64,000 bases of DNA from a virus. Taxonomy: Duplodnaviria; Heunggongvirae; Uroviricota; Caudoviricetes. Numbering within the stretch: position 1 is the first letter of the stretch; every line of letters begins with the position of its first letter. The position numbers and the translations under genes were made by a program. A model generated the notes under the pieces. It made no database searches. It had not been told where the DNA came from and worked only from the letters and a program-made list of their open reading frames with translations. Shown in pieces: positions 42,927 through 54,008 of this stretch. The stretch spans positions 1 through 64,000 of IMG/VR virus record IMGVR_UViG_3300018493_000089. One strand, 5' to 3'.

Positions 42927-43082
42927 ATGAATATGTTTCGCAAAGTTAAAGAATTTTTTAATAATATAACAGAAAAACAACAAAATATTATTTGTGGTGT
43001 TTCTGGTGTTATATTTGCCTTAATTATGGCAAAACTTTGTGAGATTATAGGTATTTGGATGTCTGAAATTTTCTTTTTATAA
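42927..43082 (+). CDS. small TM protein
   Basis: 51 aa with TM NIICGVSGVIFALIMAKLCEIIGIW, but no clear RBS. Confidence 0.25.
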   Translation: MNMFRKVKEFFNNITEKQQNIICGVSGVIFALIMAKLCEIIGIWMSEIFFL

Positions 43083-43087
43083 AATAG

Positions 43088-43120
43088 TGCAGGGGAGCAA
43101 TCCTCTGCTTTTGCTTTTCT
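43088..43120 (+). terminator. terminator (GCAGGGGA-gcaa-TCCTCTGC + TTTTGCTTTT)
   Basis: 8-bp stem with one GU pair, a GCAA loop and a T-rich tail. Confidence 0.45.
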
Positions 43121-43147
43121 TGACAATTTGTAGAAGCAAACTACAAT
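43120..43147 (+). promoter_or_regulatory. strong sigma70-like promoter TTGACA -16- TACAAT reading into a ~370-nt ORF-poor region
   Basis: Consensus -35, 16-nt spacer, and near-consensus -10. Confidence 0.45.
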
Positions 43148-43514
43148 TATTTTTTTTATCAATTCTATACTACTTCTGTGATCGGATTCACTTGCTTAAT
43201 TAGGCGAGTATAGAACCATACACATCAAAAATAAAAATCTATGTATGGCAGTCCCGACTGTACCTCATACTCTTTCGAGCAAACTCCCATGCAGTCTGTG
43301 TGCCTTCCCGTTTAACATATTTTCCGACATGTTACAACTACAAAAATGCAGAAGGGGCTTGGTGGCGGACTAGCGTATTATTCCAGCTTTTAGCATTATT
43401 TTTTAGCATGAGCCAAACACTTTGCTTTTTTCTGTGTTTCCACGACATTCACACTTACCCGTTAAGATTATGTTGTAGTGAAAGTGTTGTTAACGCCTCC
43501 CCGCAGTTTGAGAG

Positions 43515-46500
43515 TTAATACGACATGGAGTTACCCCCATGAAGGGCATATACGATTGTAATACCAATACCTTTATAGGCTAGGAAAGAACCAGCAGCGG
43601 CAGACATTACTGTAGGCAATAAGCCTGCAGTTTTTACTAACGCTGTTAATAATTCTAACATTGTTGTTAATCCAGAAATAATTGTTTTAACACTATCTGA
43701 ATTAACTGTTTCTGCCCAGAATTCTTCCATTGTTGCTCTTAGAATTTGGACTCTACCATTGATGGAATCTACAATTGCTTCGTTTTCACGCATAGCAGAT
43801 CCTTCATCATCAGCAATAGTTTCTAAAACTTCATCAATTGTTTCCCAGTTTTGTAGTAAGGAAGCAACTGCGTTAGCTCTGTTCTTACCAGCAATTAATT
43901 CTAGTAATCCGGCACGATCAATGTCACTCATTTTCTCAAATGCTTGACCTAATCCTTTAGCAATTTCAGCTGTTGATTTAAAATCGCCAGAACTTGTTAA
44001 GATATCAAAGCCACCCAAACCATCAACATTTGTTAATGCTTTAATTTGAGCTCTCATTTTTGCAGTGGATGTAACCATACCATCTGTAGATTCACCCATC
44101 TGTTCAATTTCAGATTTAACACCACGAATACGCAGTGAGAAAATTTTCAATGCAGAACCAGTTACTTCTGTGTCCTGTAATGCTTCATTCATTGCAGTAC
44201 CCAGAGCGATAGATTCGGCAAATGTATTATTTGCTACGGCTAATGCTGAAGCGGAACGCTCCAGAACCTCACCAATACCCGCAGAGCTGATGGAGAAGTT
44301 ATTACCAACTTCATTATATGCGTCAATGATACTGATAGAGTCTTTTGCCTCAATATCAAAAGCCCTCATTGCAGTAATCATATCTTTGGTAGCGGTATTA
44401 ATATCAATACCATCACCAACATTTACATATACTGCAGCATTTTTTGCTAATTCGCCAGCGTATTCAATACTTTCACCTAATCTTAACCAGTCGGCTGCAG
44501 AATTTCTTAATTCTACATTTGTGCTAGCAATTTCTTTTGCAGTTTGGGCTGTTTCTAATCTAAAAGATTCGTATGTTGATTCAGTTTCATCAGATACTTT
44601 ACGAACTTCAACCATTGCAGCATCCATGCTTCTCAATGCTTCAAATCCGTATCTGCCGATGTTAATAACTTCATATAAACTACCGAAGGACAGTAAGTAT
44701 CTTAATACTTCACGCCATTTGCCAGCCAAGTTATCAACAAATTGACTTAAACGATTGATGGATTGACCTGTTGCTCTTGTTGTAGCAGTAACTGTTTTTG
44801 TTAACTTGCCCATTGATGCTGTTAACTGAATTACTTCATTGTTCGCATCTTTAATTTGAGCAGTCCATTTCATAGTGCCAGAAGCTTTGCTTCCAGAAAA
44901 ACCAGTAGACAGGATTTCACCATATTGATTTGCTAAAGCCTTTAATTCATTTTCGGCTTCATCTAAAGTGTCTACGTTGACATCTAAAATTACTGTATCT
45001 TTTCTTTCTAGTAATTCTAAAATTTCAACAATTTCTTTAACTCTACTTTCTACATAGAATTTCGCTTCATCAAGTTCTTGTTTATTAACATATCCACCTG
45101 AAAGTGTATTTTTTATTTTCGCATCAACTTCAGATCTTAATTCTGTTGCACGATTAAATAAGGTTTGATATGCAATGGATTGTTCCGCAGGATCAATAAC
45201 AGAAAGTCTTGATGTTAGATCAGAATATTTCGCCTGGTTGGTTATTTTATTCTTTGTTGCATAAGCATCTTGAATTTTATATTTTGTTGCCTATGACTCT
45301 ACAAATGCCCTCGCATTTTCATCATAGGTTAATGTTAATTGGTCAATTACACCTTTTTCGTGTTCAAATTCGGCAATAATTGAATTTTCTGTTCTTTTAA
45401 CAATATTATATCCACTATCTAAATTATCCGCCCAAGAAGTGAAGATGTTTTCATTTCTACCATTTAAACCATGAACATCATAAAGTTTATTTCCGCCTTT
45501 TAATAAGTCTAATAACTTCTCAGCTCTTTTTAATTCATCATCAGATATATCTGTAATTGCACCATTTGTACGAAGACCGATTGTATCAATTAAAGAGTTT
45601 AAACCACGCTTATCATAATTTACTGAACCATCAGAATTCATTAACGCATGAGCTTCTTTTTGAATTTCACGCATTCTTTTAGAATTTGCTGTATCAGATT
45701 TTAGTGATTTCAATAGATTTTTAACATCGGCTTCATCTCTCAATGTATTGAATATATCGTCGGCATCTAAATAGTCCATACGATCTCTAGTTTGATACAT
45801 TGAGCTTAATTTACTCTGCGCTGTTGTTAACTTTTCTTCGAAAATAGAATCATATACTTCATCAACATTCGCTTGAATAATATTGTCTAACTCAGACATA
45901 TATCCATAAAGCTTCTTCTCTGATGGCAGATTATTTTTTAATGCCTGTAGAGGTAATTCACCTTCTTTGAATCTTTCTGTATAAACACTTCTACTAAACA
46001 TCATTCCAGTTTCTCTGTCAAAAGAGATATTTTCAACCTCATCCATTGCTGAATTGAGATGATAGAACAATGTCATATTAGGTGAATCAGAACTTGTTCT
46101 TTCCATATATGGCATTTTAATATTTTTGCCACGCTCTTCTTTAATGTCCGCTAATTTTCTTGACGCTTCCTCTTCGGTTCTTATTCCTGTTTCAACAATC
46201 TGTAATTCTCCAGAAACATGTTTTTGAAGCAGTCGAAGATTTTTAAACATAGACTGTTTAATATTATTCAGATTTAAGATTTCTTCTTGTGTTAAAGGGT
46301 TGTTAGCTTCTTGATTTCTTAAATCAATAAATCCCTGAATTGCAGAATCCTGTGTATCTAAAATACTTTGTAATTCACTAGAAAGAGTTGTACCAGATTT
46401 TTTGATTTCATCTCTGATAGCAAGTGCATTCTGAAGTTCTTTATCAGAAATTACATTCTTAGGGTATTTTTTATCATCAAATGGCTTATTATTTACCTTC

Positions 46501-47699
46501 TTGGATTTTGATGAACGAGAGGTGGAGGTTCCAGAACCACTAGGGGTTCCATCAGGATTTGCTGTTGGATTAGGAATATCTCCAGTCGCATCAATTTCTG
46601 CAACAATTTTGTATTTTCTTGAATTTAATTGTGTTTGAATGTTAGTTAATTCTTCATCAGAAATTTCAACTTTCGGACGAATTACTAGATCCTTTTGAGT
46701 ATCTACAGTGTCTTCTATGCCAGAGGCACCAAGTTCTTGCAGTTTCTCATTTAATTTCTTTTTTTCTTGCTCAAGAGCTAAATTTTCTTTGACTAACAAC
46801 CTTTCGGTTGCTTGAATACGATTTTTAATGTGGTTTTCTTGATCTTTAAACATTGATTGAGCTCTCAAGAAAGGCTTAGTATCTTCATTTAAGAATGAGT
46901 CACGTTTTAGTTGACTCATAACATCTTCATGTTTTTCGACAAAGGCTACTATATCTTGATATGAAGAAATAATTGAATCGTAATATCCACGAGCTTCTCT
47001 GTTTAAATCAGCATATTGTTGTCTTTCATCCGCTTTGTCTGATGTCTCAAGTAACTTCGCTTTATTATTTAAAGTATCATATCTCTTTATCTTTTTTTCT
47101 AAATCACTTAAATAACTATCAAATTTTTTCTGAACAGCATCATCGTCTGTAAAATCAAATTGTTCTAAAAACGGATCTTTCTTATCTCTTAATCTTGGTT
47201 TGCGTAAATTATTTAAGCGTGTTTCAAATTCAGCAATATTTCTTTTATATTTATTAATATTTTTTTGAATACCAAGAACATCTGGATCGAACATGCCAGC
47301 CATTTCGATTTTTGCTTCTTTTGCTTGATCAATAATTAAACTGGCCGCATTACAGAATGACACAGCAAGTTCTTCGTATCCACCAGCTTGAGGCATCATT
47401 TCTTTTAGGATTCTCATTTCGCCTCTAAGTCTGCTAGTAAAATTATCAATACGTTTGTTTAGAGTTTTAAATGTTGTTTCATTTCCAGTGAAAGCATCTT
47501 CAATTGATTGTTTGATATCTTCAATATCGCCCAATGCATCTCTTTTAAAATTACTAAAGTCCTTCTTTAATTCTTCGAAATCGGGTGCCCCGGCCATAGC
47601 AGAAAAGGCTTCCTCGATTTCTTTGGCTTTCTTATCAATATCCGTCATATCAGCCTTAAATTTAATAAGGACTTCACTTACACTGCTTTGTCTCGCCAA
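43515..47699 (-). CDS. tail tape measure protein (TP901-family core), ~1394 aa, two track ORFs joined by in-frame TAG at 45291; TTG start
   Basis: SD GGGGTGA before TTG 47699. The 420 nt between the track ORFs are stop-free and in frame. TMP core motifs AYNEVGNNFSISSAGIGEVLERSASALAVANNTFAESIALGTAMNEALQD. Confidence 0.7.
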
Positions 47700-47714
47700 T
47701 TATATCACCCCTTG

Positions 47715-48173
47715 TTAAAATAAATATGCCTAACCAGATTTTTTTGCAACATTAATTGCACGTTGTATGTACATTTCTGGATTAGCAATAATTTCATTTT
47801 GTTTATCTATCAATCTCTCCAAAGGAGATTCAGTAGTAATTTGAGATGTACCATGATAACCCATCATAGCCATAGATAATACATATTCTTTTGGATCTTT
47901 ATATACTTCCTTCATAGGTTCTGCGGAAACCAGTATACCACCTGTGTAAAATTTACCATGAGAATTTTTATAGTATTTAACATAGCCTTTATACAAATTA
48001 AAAAATCGGTTATAATACACTGGATCATAAGCATTATAAAACATTTCTACAGCAAAATAGTATTCACCAGCAAGAACCTCTCGAACTTGTGTGGCACAGC
48101 TTTTACAAATTATATCCGCAGCATCATAAATATCTGATATGATGCGATCCTTAATACCAATTTTTTTTGCCAA
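47715..48173 (-). CDS. tail assembly chaperone candidate (TTG start; terminal TAG at 47730 then TAA 47715)
   Basis: Sits between the major tail protein and the TMP. Confidence 0.35.
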
Positions 48174-48178
48174 TTACA

Positions 48179-48733
48179 TCACTTTACCTTTTCTGGTTTT
48201 AATAACATATTTTGGATTTTTGTAAAATTCTTCATAAATTCTTTATTTTTAGCCAATTCATTTGCAATACCAGCGTGTTTTTCAACTACTTCCATTAATC
48301 TTGTAATTTGAGATGCGATGAACACATAATTATCTTTTTCATTTGCATATAAGTCAGATACCACCATTTTAAAAATGGCAGAAAATTCTTCTAAATCTCT
48401 GCCGATAGATTCTGTAATTTTATCAATTAGTCCGGATGCTCTTAGGCTATCATAATCTTCATGTGGACGTTCTTTGCTTACTTGCAAATCAGTATATAAA
48501 GAAATCACGGACATAATATACATCAGATATTCATTTGGAGAATTATTTAATAACACACCGGAAACTCTGCGGGCATTTGTTTTTACAAGTGTCTCAGAGT
48601 GAATAACTTTTACCGAAAATGGCACATAGGTTTTAATATTAATAGAATTTAACAATTTTGTTTTTTCTACATCCGTTTTAGCAGACTGATATTTATTTAC
48701 AAATTCCTGTACATTCATTTTTTTAGATTCCAT
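48179..48733 (-). CDS. tail assembly chaperone candidate
   Basis: ORF of 184 aa directly upstream of the previous gene. Confidence 0.35.
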   Translation of the reverse strand: MESKKMNVQEFVNKYQSAKTDVEKTKLLNSINIKTYVPFSVKVIHSETLVKTNARRVSGVLLNNSPNEYLMYIMSVISLYTDLQVSKERPHEDYDSLRASGLIDKITESIGRDLEEFSAIFKMVVSDLYANEKDNYVFIASQITRLMEVVEKHAGIANELAKNKEFMKNFTKIQNMLLKPEKVK

Positions 48734-49207
48734 TTATTCCATCTCCTTATATTTTAGGCAAGTTTTATTATTAATATCAGCTTGAATTTTTCCATTCAAA
48801 GCATTTTTTAATATAGAACAATTACGTGCATAACGCTTACAGCCAACACATTTATCAATAAAATTATTTTTTTCTGATATATCATCAAAAATACCAAAGT
48901 AAGGGGCATCATATATTACAAGTTCAATTCTTGGATTTTTTGAATCATAATATATTCTATCAACACGCTCACAAACAAAATTGTCGTCATCCCAAACAAC
49001 ACGACTTTCAGTGATTGAATCCAATAAAAGCTTAAACTAATTATTAGTATCCATATCAATTCTAGGAAAATAGAATATACAATCGACATACAAATGCCTT
49101 TCACCATTTCTAAATTGCCAGCCTTGTTTTTCCGCTTCCTGTTTCACATAATCAATAAATTGCTTTTTATAATCTATTGATTCTCTTGTTTTATAACTCA
49201 TCGCCAT
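48734..49207 (-). CDS. rusA: RusA-family Holliday junction resolvase with C-terminal zinc-ribbon extension (1 in-frame TAG)
   Basis: RusA core CIFYFPRIDMDTNN*FKLLLDSITESRVVWDDDNFV, then CVGCKRYARNC. Confidence 0.6.
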
Positions 49208-49289
49208 CTATCTATTTCCTTTTTTAACAACCCTATAAGCCAAATAGTGATTAACACTTGGGGGAACAGGGGAGACGAGATATAATTTA

Positions 49290-49520
49290 TCAGTATTCTA
49301 ACTCATACTTACACCATCTATCATAAAGGTCTGTCATAAAATCATTCTTTTCATAAACAAAGACCATTTTATTTCTAATTTTACTTGGGCTATAAATTAC
49401 ATCTAAGATATAATCAACACCGCCATTTGCAAACTATGCAGACACCTGTTGCATATTGCTAATATACCAAACATGCTCTGGATCATATTCTTTTCCGGTA
49501 ACTCTGCTCTTAACTAACAT
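49290..49520 (-). CDS. small hypothetical protein (1 in-frame TAG)
   Basis: RBS AAAGGAG precedes ATG 49520. 76 aa. Confidence 0.3.
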
Positions 49521-49535
49521 CCAATTATCTCCTTT

Positions 49536-49580
49536 CAAAAAAAATGGGACACGCAAATAAAATGAATAAGCGTATCCCAT
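49536..49580 (-). terminator. terminator (GGGATACGC-loop-GCGTGTCCC + T8)
   Basis: 9-bp stem and a T-tract on the minus strand. Confidence 0.5.
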
Positions 49581-49610
49581 TAGATTACCTATTCACTATA
49601 TTTTTTGATT

Positions 49611-49913
49611 TTACTCAGATTTTGTTTTTTTTGTTCTTTTAGAACCTTTTTTATTAACCATTTCATCAACAGTACATGCAATTTTTTCATTCGCTGTCTC
49701 AGATTCAAGTACACTCAGATCGCAATTCATTAAAGTTTGAATTGCTTCGTCTTCAGAAATGTGTTCAAAATATTTTTGGTTAATTGTTTCAAAAATTGTT
49801 TTGCAATTTTCATCATGAAAAATAGTTCTCCATGCAGGTTCTTCAACATGACAATTATTGCAATAATGATATTGTTCACCACAAACAATACAAGTTCTAT
49901 TTGCTTTTGCCAT
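49611..49913 (-). CDS. small Cys-rich zinc-finger protein
   Basis: CIVCGEQYHYCNNCH... Confidence 0.4.
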   Translation of the reverse strand: MAKANRTCIVCGEQYHYCNNCHVEEPAWRTIFHDENCKTIFETINQKYFEHISEDEAIQTLMNCDLSVLESETANEKIACTVDEMVNKKGSKRTKKTKSE

Positions 49914-49935
49914 ATAAATCCCTCACTTTCAAATT

Positions 49936-49962
49936 AATAAAAGGGGAGGGGTTAACCTCCCC
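49936..49962 (-). terminator. terminator after major tail gene (GGGGAGG-ggttaa-CCTCCCC + T-run)
   Basis: GC stem in an AT-rich context. Confidence 0.55.
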
Positions 49963-49974
49963 ATAATGGTTTTA

Positions 49975-50766
49975 TTATTCAGCTTCGGGAATAACGATGT
50001 TGAACAGAACTTTTTTCTTATCGCAGTAAGCCTGTTGAGCTTTCATAGAGAAGGGGTGTTTGCCATCTGTTGTGAAGGACAGGTCAACATCAGAACTCAG
50101 TTTAGCGTTAGGGAAAATTACATATGCATATACCAGTGTTGTAGGATCACATACGTCACAACCCAGAACTTCCATGATAAATTTACCAGCTTTAGGGTAA
50201 TTTACAGCAGAGTTTGTTACCTGAACAGCAGCAGCAGATTCTGTTTCGTATACTACGAAGAACTGTGTGCCATCTGCAACAGCTTCATTCAGTGTAACTT
50301 TCTTAGAAACAGAGTCGTAAGCAAATTCTGTTACACCAGGAGTGGATGTTGTTAATGTGTATTTCTGACCTGTTGTGCCGTCGCCTCTCAGTTCATAAAT
50401 TTCAGAAATGGGAGCTTTAGGTTCTTTTACCAGAGAGAATGTTGCAGATTTTACTTCGCCTGTGAAGAATACGGGAGTTGTAATCTTTGCATCAGCAGAA
50501 GCGATTTCTTTTTCTGTACCCATCTGTGTAGCTAACAGGTTCAGGTCGAAGATAGAGTTGGAAGCAGAGAATTCAGCCTGTTTACCGTTCTGGAATGTCA
50601 TGATAGGTGTGCCCAGAGCGTCAACAGCTTCTCTTTCTTCAGATGTACAATTCAGAGAGGGATCTTCGATCTGATTGATGGAATACATAACAGAACCATC
50701 TGCTGTGGATAACATTACGCCTCTCAGTACGTGGTCAATAACAAAGTTGTTAATATCAAAAGCCAT
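49975..50766 (-). CDS. major tail (tube) protein
   Basis: RBS AAAGGAGG. Strong C-ending codon bias. Flanked by terminators and located upstream of the chaperones and TMP. Confidence 0.55.
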   Translation of the reverse strand: MAFDINNFVIDHVLRGVMLSTADGSVMYSINQIEDPSLNCTSEEREAVDALGTPIMTFQNGKQAEFSASNSIFDLNLLATQMGTEKEIASADAKITTPVFFTGEVKSATFSLVKEPKAPISEIYELRGDGTTGQKYTLTTSTPGVTEFAYDSVSKKVTLNEAVADGTQFFVVYETESAAAVQVTNSAVNYPKAGKFIMEVLGCDVCDPTTLVYAYVIFPNAKLSSDVDLSFTTDGKHPFSMKAQQAYCDKKKVLFNIVIPEAE

Positions 50767-50787
50767 ATTTGTTCCTCCTTTTGTAAT

Positions 50788-50819
50788 AAAAAAAAGAACA
50801 CTGTCATTCAGTGCTCTTC
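50788..50819 (-). terminator. terminator (AGAGCACTG-aatga-CAGTGTTCT + T8)
   Basis: 9-bp stem. Confidence 0.5.
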
Positions 50820-51478
50820 ATCCAATTAAATGCCTCTTTATCTATTTTTGATGTATCAATCATACCGCTGTAACTTCCCTGCAATAGCGCACAGGCACTC
50901 TTTTTTTTATTAATTTGTCTTATACTTTCAAATATTTCATATATCCCGACATTTTGAATGCTTTGGCTATTATATTTACATTCTTCGGTACAAATGAGTG
51001 ATACAATTGTCGGTAGTAAAATAGAGGTTTGTTTTTTATCTGCATTTTTAAATTTTTTTTGCCTATCCAGTTCAATCAATTTTCTCTTGGTTAACTCGTT
51101 ATACGATTTTTCGATTTTTGGAATTATACCATGTACTTTTCTAATATAGTCAACGATTACTCTATATAATAATTTATCAATAACAATAGTCGAATCTTTG
51201 TTGATTAAAACCGGCTCTCCAGTAACTTTATCCACTGCAGGATCAAAACTGGATATATCCAAATTACAAAAAACGAATTTCGAACATTCTTCTGATAAAG
51301 TTCTTGTTAGCATTATAAATAATTCAAAATCATCTATTTCTTCATAATCAATTCCCATATCCCAAAGGGTAGACTTCATATCACTTGGAATAGAACATAT
51401 GGTGTAAATGAAATTAAAATATTCTTGTTCCCCAAAACTTGCAATTTCTCCAATTCTAGGTTGCTTTATTTTAATCAT
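50804..51478 (-). CDS. hypothetical head-tail/neck protein
   Basis: ORF of 224 aa. Confidence 0.4.
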   Translation of the reverse strand: MIKIKQPRIGEIASFGEQEYFNFIYTICSIPSDMKSTLWDMGIDYEEIDDFELFIMLTRTLSEECSKFVFCNLDISSFDPAVDKVTGEPVLINKDSTIVIDKLLYRVIVDYIRKVHGIIPKIEKSYNELTKRKLIELDRQKKFKNADKKQTSILLPTIVSLICTEECKYNSQSIQNVGIYEIFESIRQINKKKSACALLQGSYSGMIDTSKIDKEAFNWMKSTE

Positions 51479-51555
51479 ATTATTTACTTCATAATCCTAC
51501 CCAAAAAACATTGAGAGCTCATCAAACTCTCTGACAGATGTCTCTAATGATAAAT

Positions 51556-52116
51556 TCATTTACGCACCGTATTATTATAAACTCTACCTTTGTTCATTAA
51601 ATCGGTTTTGATAATTGAATTAGGTGACTGAATTTCATATTTTAATGTTCTGCAAGAATAATATGTATCAGTAACTGATTCTTTGTCCTATATTAATTTC
51701 GCCTGTTTTCCAAATATATGCGACCAATTAAAAATATCTTTCACTAAGTAGGCTAATAAATCATGTCTTGCAATACCATATTTTGTATTGATATTTTGTG
51801 ATTCGCAGAAAATCACAAAAGTAATGTTTGCTATTTTCATAGCATTGTTATGATAAGAATCCTCAACCAAATCAACTTGAAAACAAATATAATTTTTAAC
51901 TTGATATTGAATATCTGGAATTCTTACAAACGGTAAAATACTTACTCCAATATATTCTTCTGGAGCATCCTCATCCAAATCAGGTGTTTCTAAAACATGG
52001 ATGATTTCTGGAGAATTGTATAGCTCTTCTTTAATGATTTCTTTAATGCGAATATTTTCGTCATTCACATTCTCACGTAAAGCAAACAATTTTGCTTCTT
52101 GCTCTTTAGTCATCAT
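51556..52116 (-). CDS. hypothetical neck/tail-completion protein (terminal TAG at 51688 read through to TGA 51556)
   Basis: 44-codon stop-free extension after the TAG. Confidence 0.35.
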
Positions 52117-53216
52117 AAGCTAACCACCTCCAATTTGAATTTTTCGCATAATGAAGATCCATTAGCGTCAACAATATATATTTCTAAAACCTTTCCGACA
52201 AAATCATAACTTTCAGTTTTTATCGAAATTTTTGTTGGTTCTAAAAATTCAATATTAAAATCATTTGAAACATCTACACCGTCACACTCTATAATCCAAT
52301 CAAACTGATCAATTACATCATCAACAAATTCTACATAAAGTTTTTTTGCAACATTAGGGACTTTTATTGATGGAACTGTGCCAATCATTTTTAAGCTGGC
52401 TGTAAAAGAGGGTGGCGCTATATCAGGTTCTTCTAAGGGAATAGCACTTTTATAATAATCGGCATACATTTCCCCAGTTTCTATATTAACGTAATCTTTT
52501 TGCTCGTTGAATTTATCTTGAGCTATCGTTAATTTATTAATCCCGAAAGGATGAATATTTTCAACTTTCGAAATTTTCCATGTAATAGGTTTCTCAATCA
52601 AAGCTGAAACAATAATTCTATCTCCATAATAAAGCTTAGAACTAATATCATTCATTGGTAGCCAAATTTGATCTTGGTTTTCAACAATTGTTGTTAAATA
52701 GTCTGTCCACAAACCACTATTGTAAGAGTTTCGCATACGGGCTATTCCCCACATAGAATATTTAATACCATCTAAAATCCATTTGAATTCATAATTGCAT
52801 GGCAATACACTGTGTTTAACAAATTGTTGTTCTCTATCAGAAGAGCAAATCATCCATTTATGATAAATACCTTGTGCATCCGGAATATCAATATATAAAC
52901 CGATAGGATAATCAGCATTGTATAATTTATTATATTCTTCATAATAGTCTAGAGGGCATTCACTCATTGGTCTGAACATAATATGATACTCAACTTGGTC
53001 TTTGCTTAATGAACCATATTGGGTAACAATAAATTTAGCATCAATAGGTGTTTTTTCTCCATCTTTATCATGATAATAATCATAAATATAACATTTTTTA
53101 CTCTGAATATCTCTGTCCCAGGTAGCATTCATAATCATATCTGCATTCCGTTTTTGGATTTGTCCAATCTGTTCACTTTGATTTGACAACATATTTTTAT
53201 ATTTCAAAAAATTCAT
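52113..53216 (-). CDS. hypothetical structural protein
   Basis: ORF of 367 aa. TAATG overlap. Confidence 0.45.
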   Translation of the reverse strand: MNFLKYKNMLSNQSEQIGQIQKRNADMIMNATWDRDIQSKKCYIYDYYHDKDGEKTPIDAKFIVTQYGSLSKDQVEYHIMFRPMSECPLDYYEEYNKLYNADYPIGLYIDIPDAQGIYHKWMICSSDREQQFVKHSVLPCNYEFKWILDGIKYSMWGIARMRNSYNSGLWTDYLTTIVENQDQIWLPMNDISSKLYYGDRIIVSALIEKPITWKISKVENIHPFGINKLTIAQDKFNEQKDYVNIETGEMYADYYKSAIPLEEPDIAPPSFTASLKMIGTVPSIKVPNVAKKLYVEFVDDVIDQFDWIIECDGVDVSNDFNIEFLEPTKISIKTESYDFVGKVLEIYIVDANGSSLCEKFKLEVVSL

Positions 53217-53530
53217 TAATCTCCCTCCTTGATTTTGTCAATCAGGGAATGAGAATCTAAAATTAATTTTCTATATTTTTTAAAATCACAATCTTTTTTA
53301 TTGGCTTCTTTTCGTGCTGTTTCTAATAAACTAATTAAAGTTACTAATTCTGGAGGATTGAATAATATATCATTCATCCCAGAAATTCTCCATAACAATG
53401 TCTCAAAATAATAATCTAATTGTGGATAATTTTCTTCTTTATATATTAATAACCAATGGATAGAATTGTGTAATGAGCGTTTTTGCTCTTTGATTTGATC
53501 ACTATTAAAAGTGCCATATAAATGTTCCAT
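53216..53530 (-). CDS. hypothetical protein
   Basis: ORF of 104 aa. Confidence 0.45.
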   Translation of the reverse strand: MEHLYGTFNSDQIKEQKRSLHNSIHWLLIYKEENYPQLDYYFETLLWRISGMNDILFNPPELVTLISLLETARKEANKKDCDFKKYRKLILDSHSLIDKIKEGD

Positions 53531-53994
53531 TATTCTTCACCATTAATCTAAGAATTAGCAATATATCCACGATCACGAATCATTTTTCTGAGCTCGACCT
53601 TGCAGTCTTTTAGTAAACTTTTAAGTTCGCTAAGATGCGCTGCCTGAGAATAAAATTTTTCTTCTTTACCACCGAACATTTGTAGCGTATGTAATACTGA
53701 TTTTACTTGTGGTTCTAACCACTGAATAACCATTCCGATGGCTAAAATGTTTGTAACATAATCAATATCACCATTTTTAAAAATTTCATTTTTTAGTTCG
53801 TATGTTAAAGTCAAAATTTCATCATCAAATGTTATTGAAGAAAAAATTTTAGAAATATAAGGTACTGCAACAGCAGAATGTAAATAGCCTTTCATCATTT
53901 CGTAAGCATCATTAGGATTCAATGATGCAAAGTTGTAATCTGTGATTTTAAGTAAAAATTTTGAGTAGATGTCATCATATAGAACGCTGTTCAC
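53530..53994 (-). CDS. hypothetical head-tail connector protein (GTG start; terminal TAG then TAA giving TAATG overlap)
   Basis: SD GGCGGTGA sits 7 nt before GTG. After the TAG at 53548, 5 codons run to TAA, which overlaps the next ATG. Confidence 0.4.
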
Positions 53995-54008
53995 TCAATC
54001 ACCGCCAC

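Noticed and set aside
42920-43162. 80-aa minus-strand ORF
   Set aside because: It is antisense to the plus-strand island (small TM ORF, terminator and promoter) and has no RBS.
43300-43518. 72-aa plus-strand ORF in the non-coding region
   Set aside because: It has no RBS and an odd composition. The region is better explained as non-coding or RNA.
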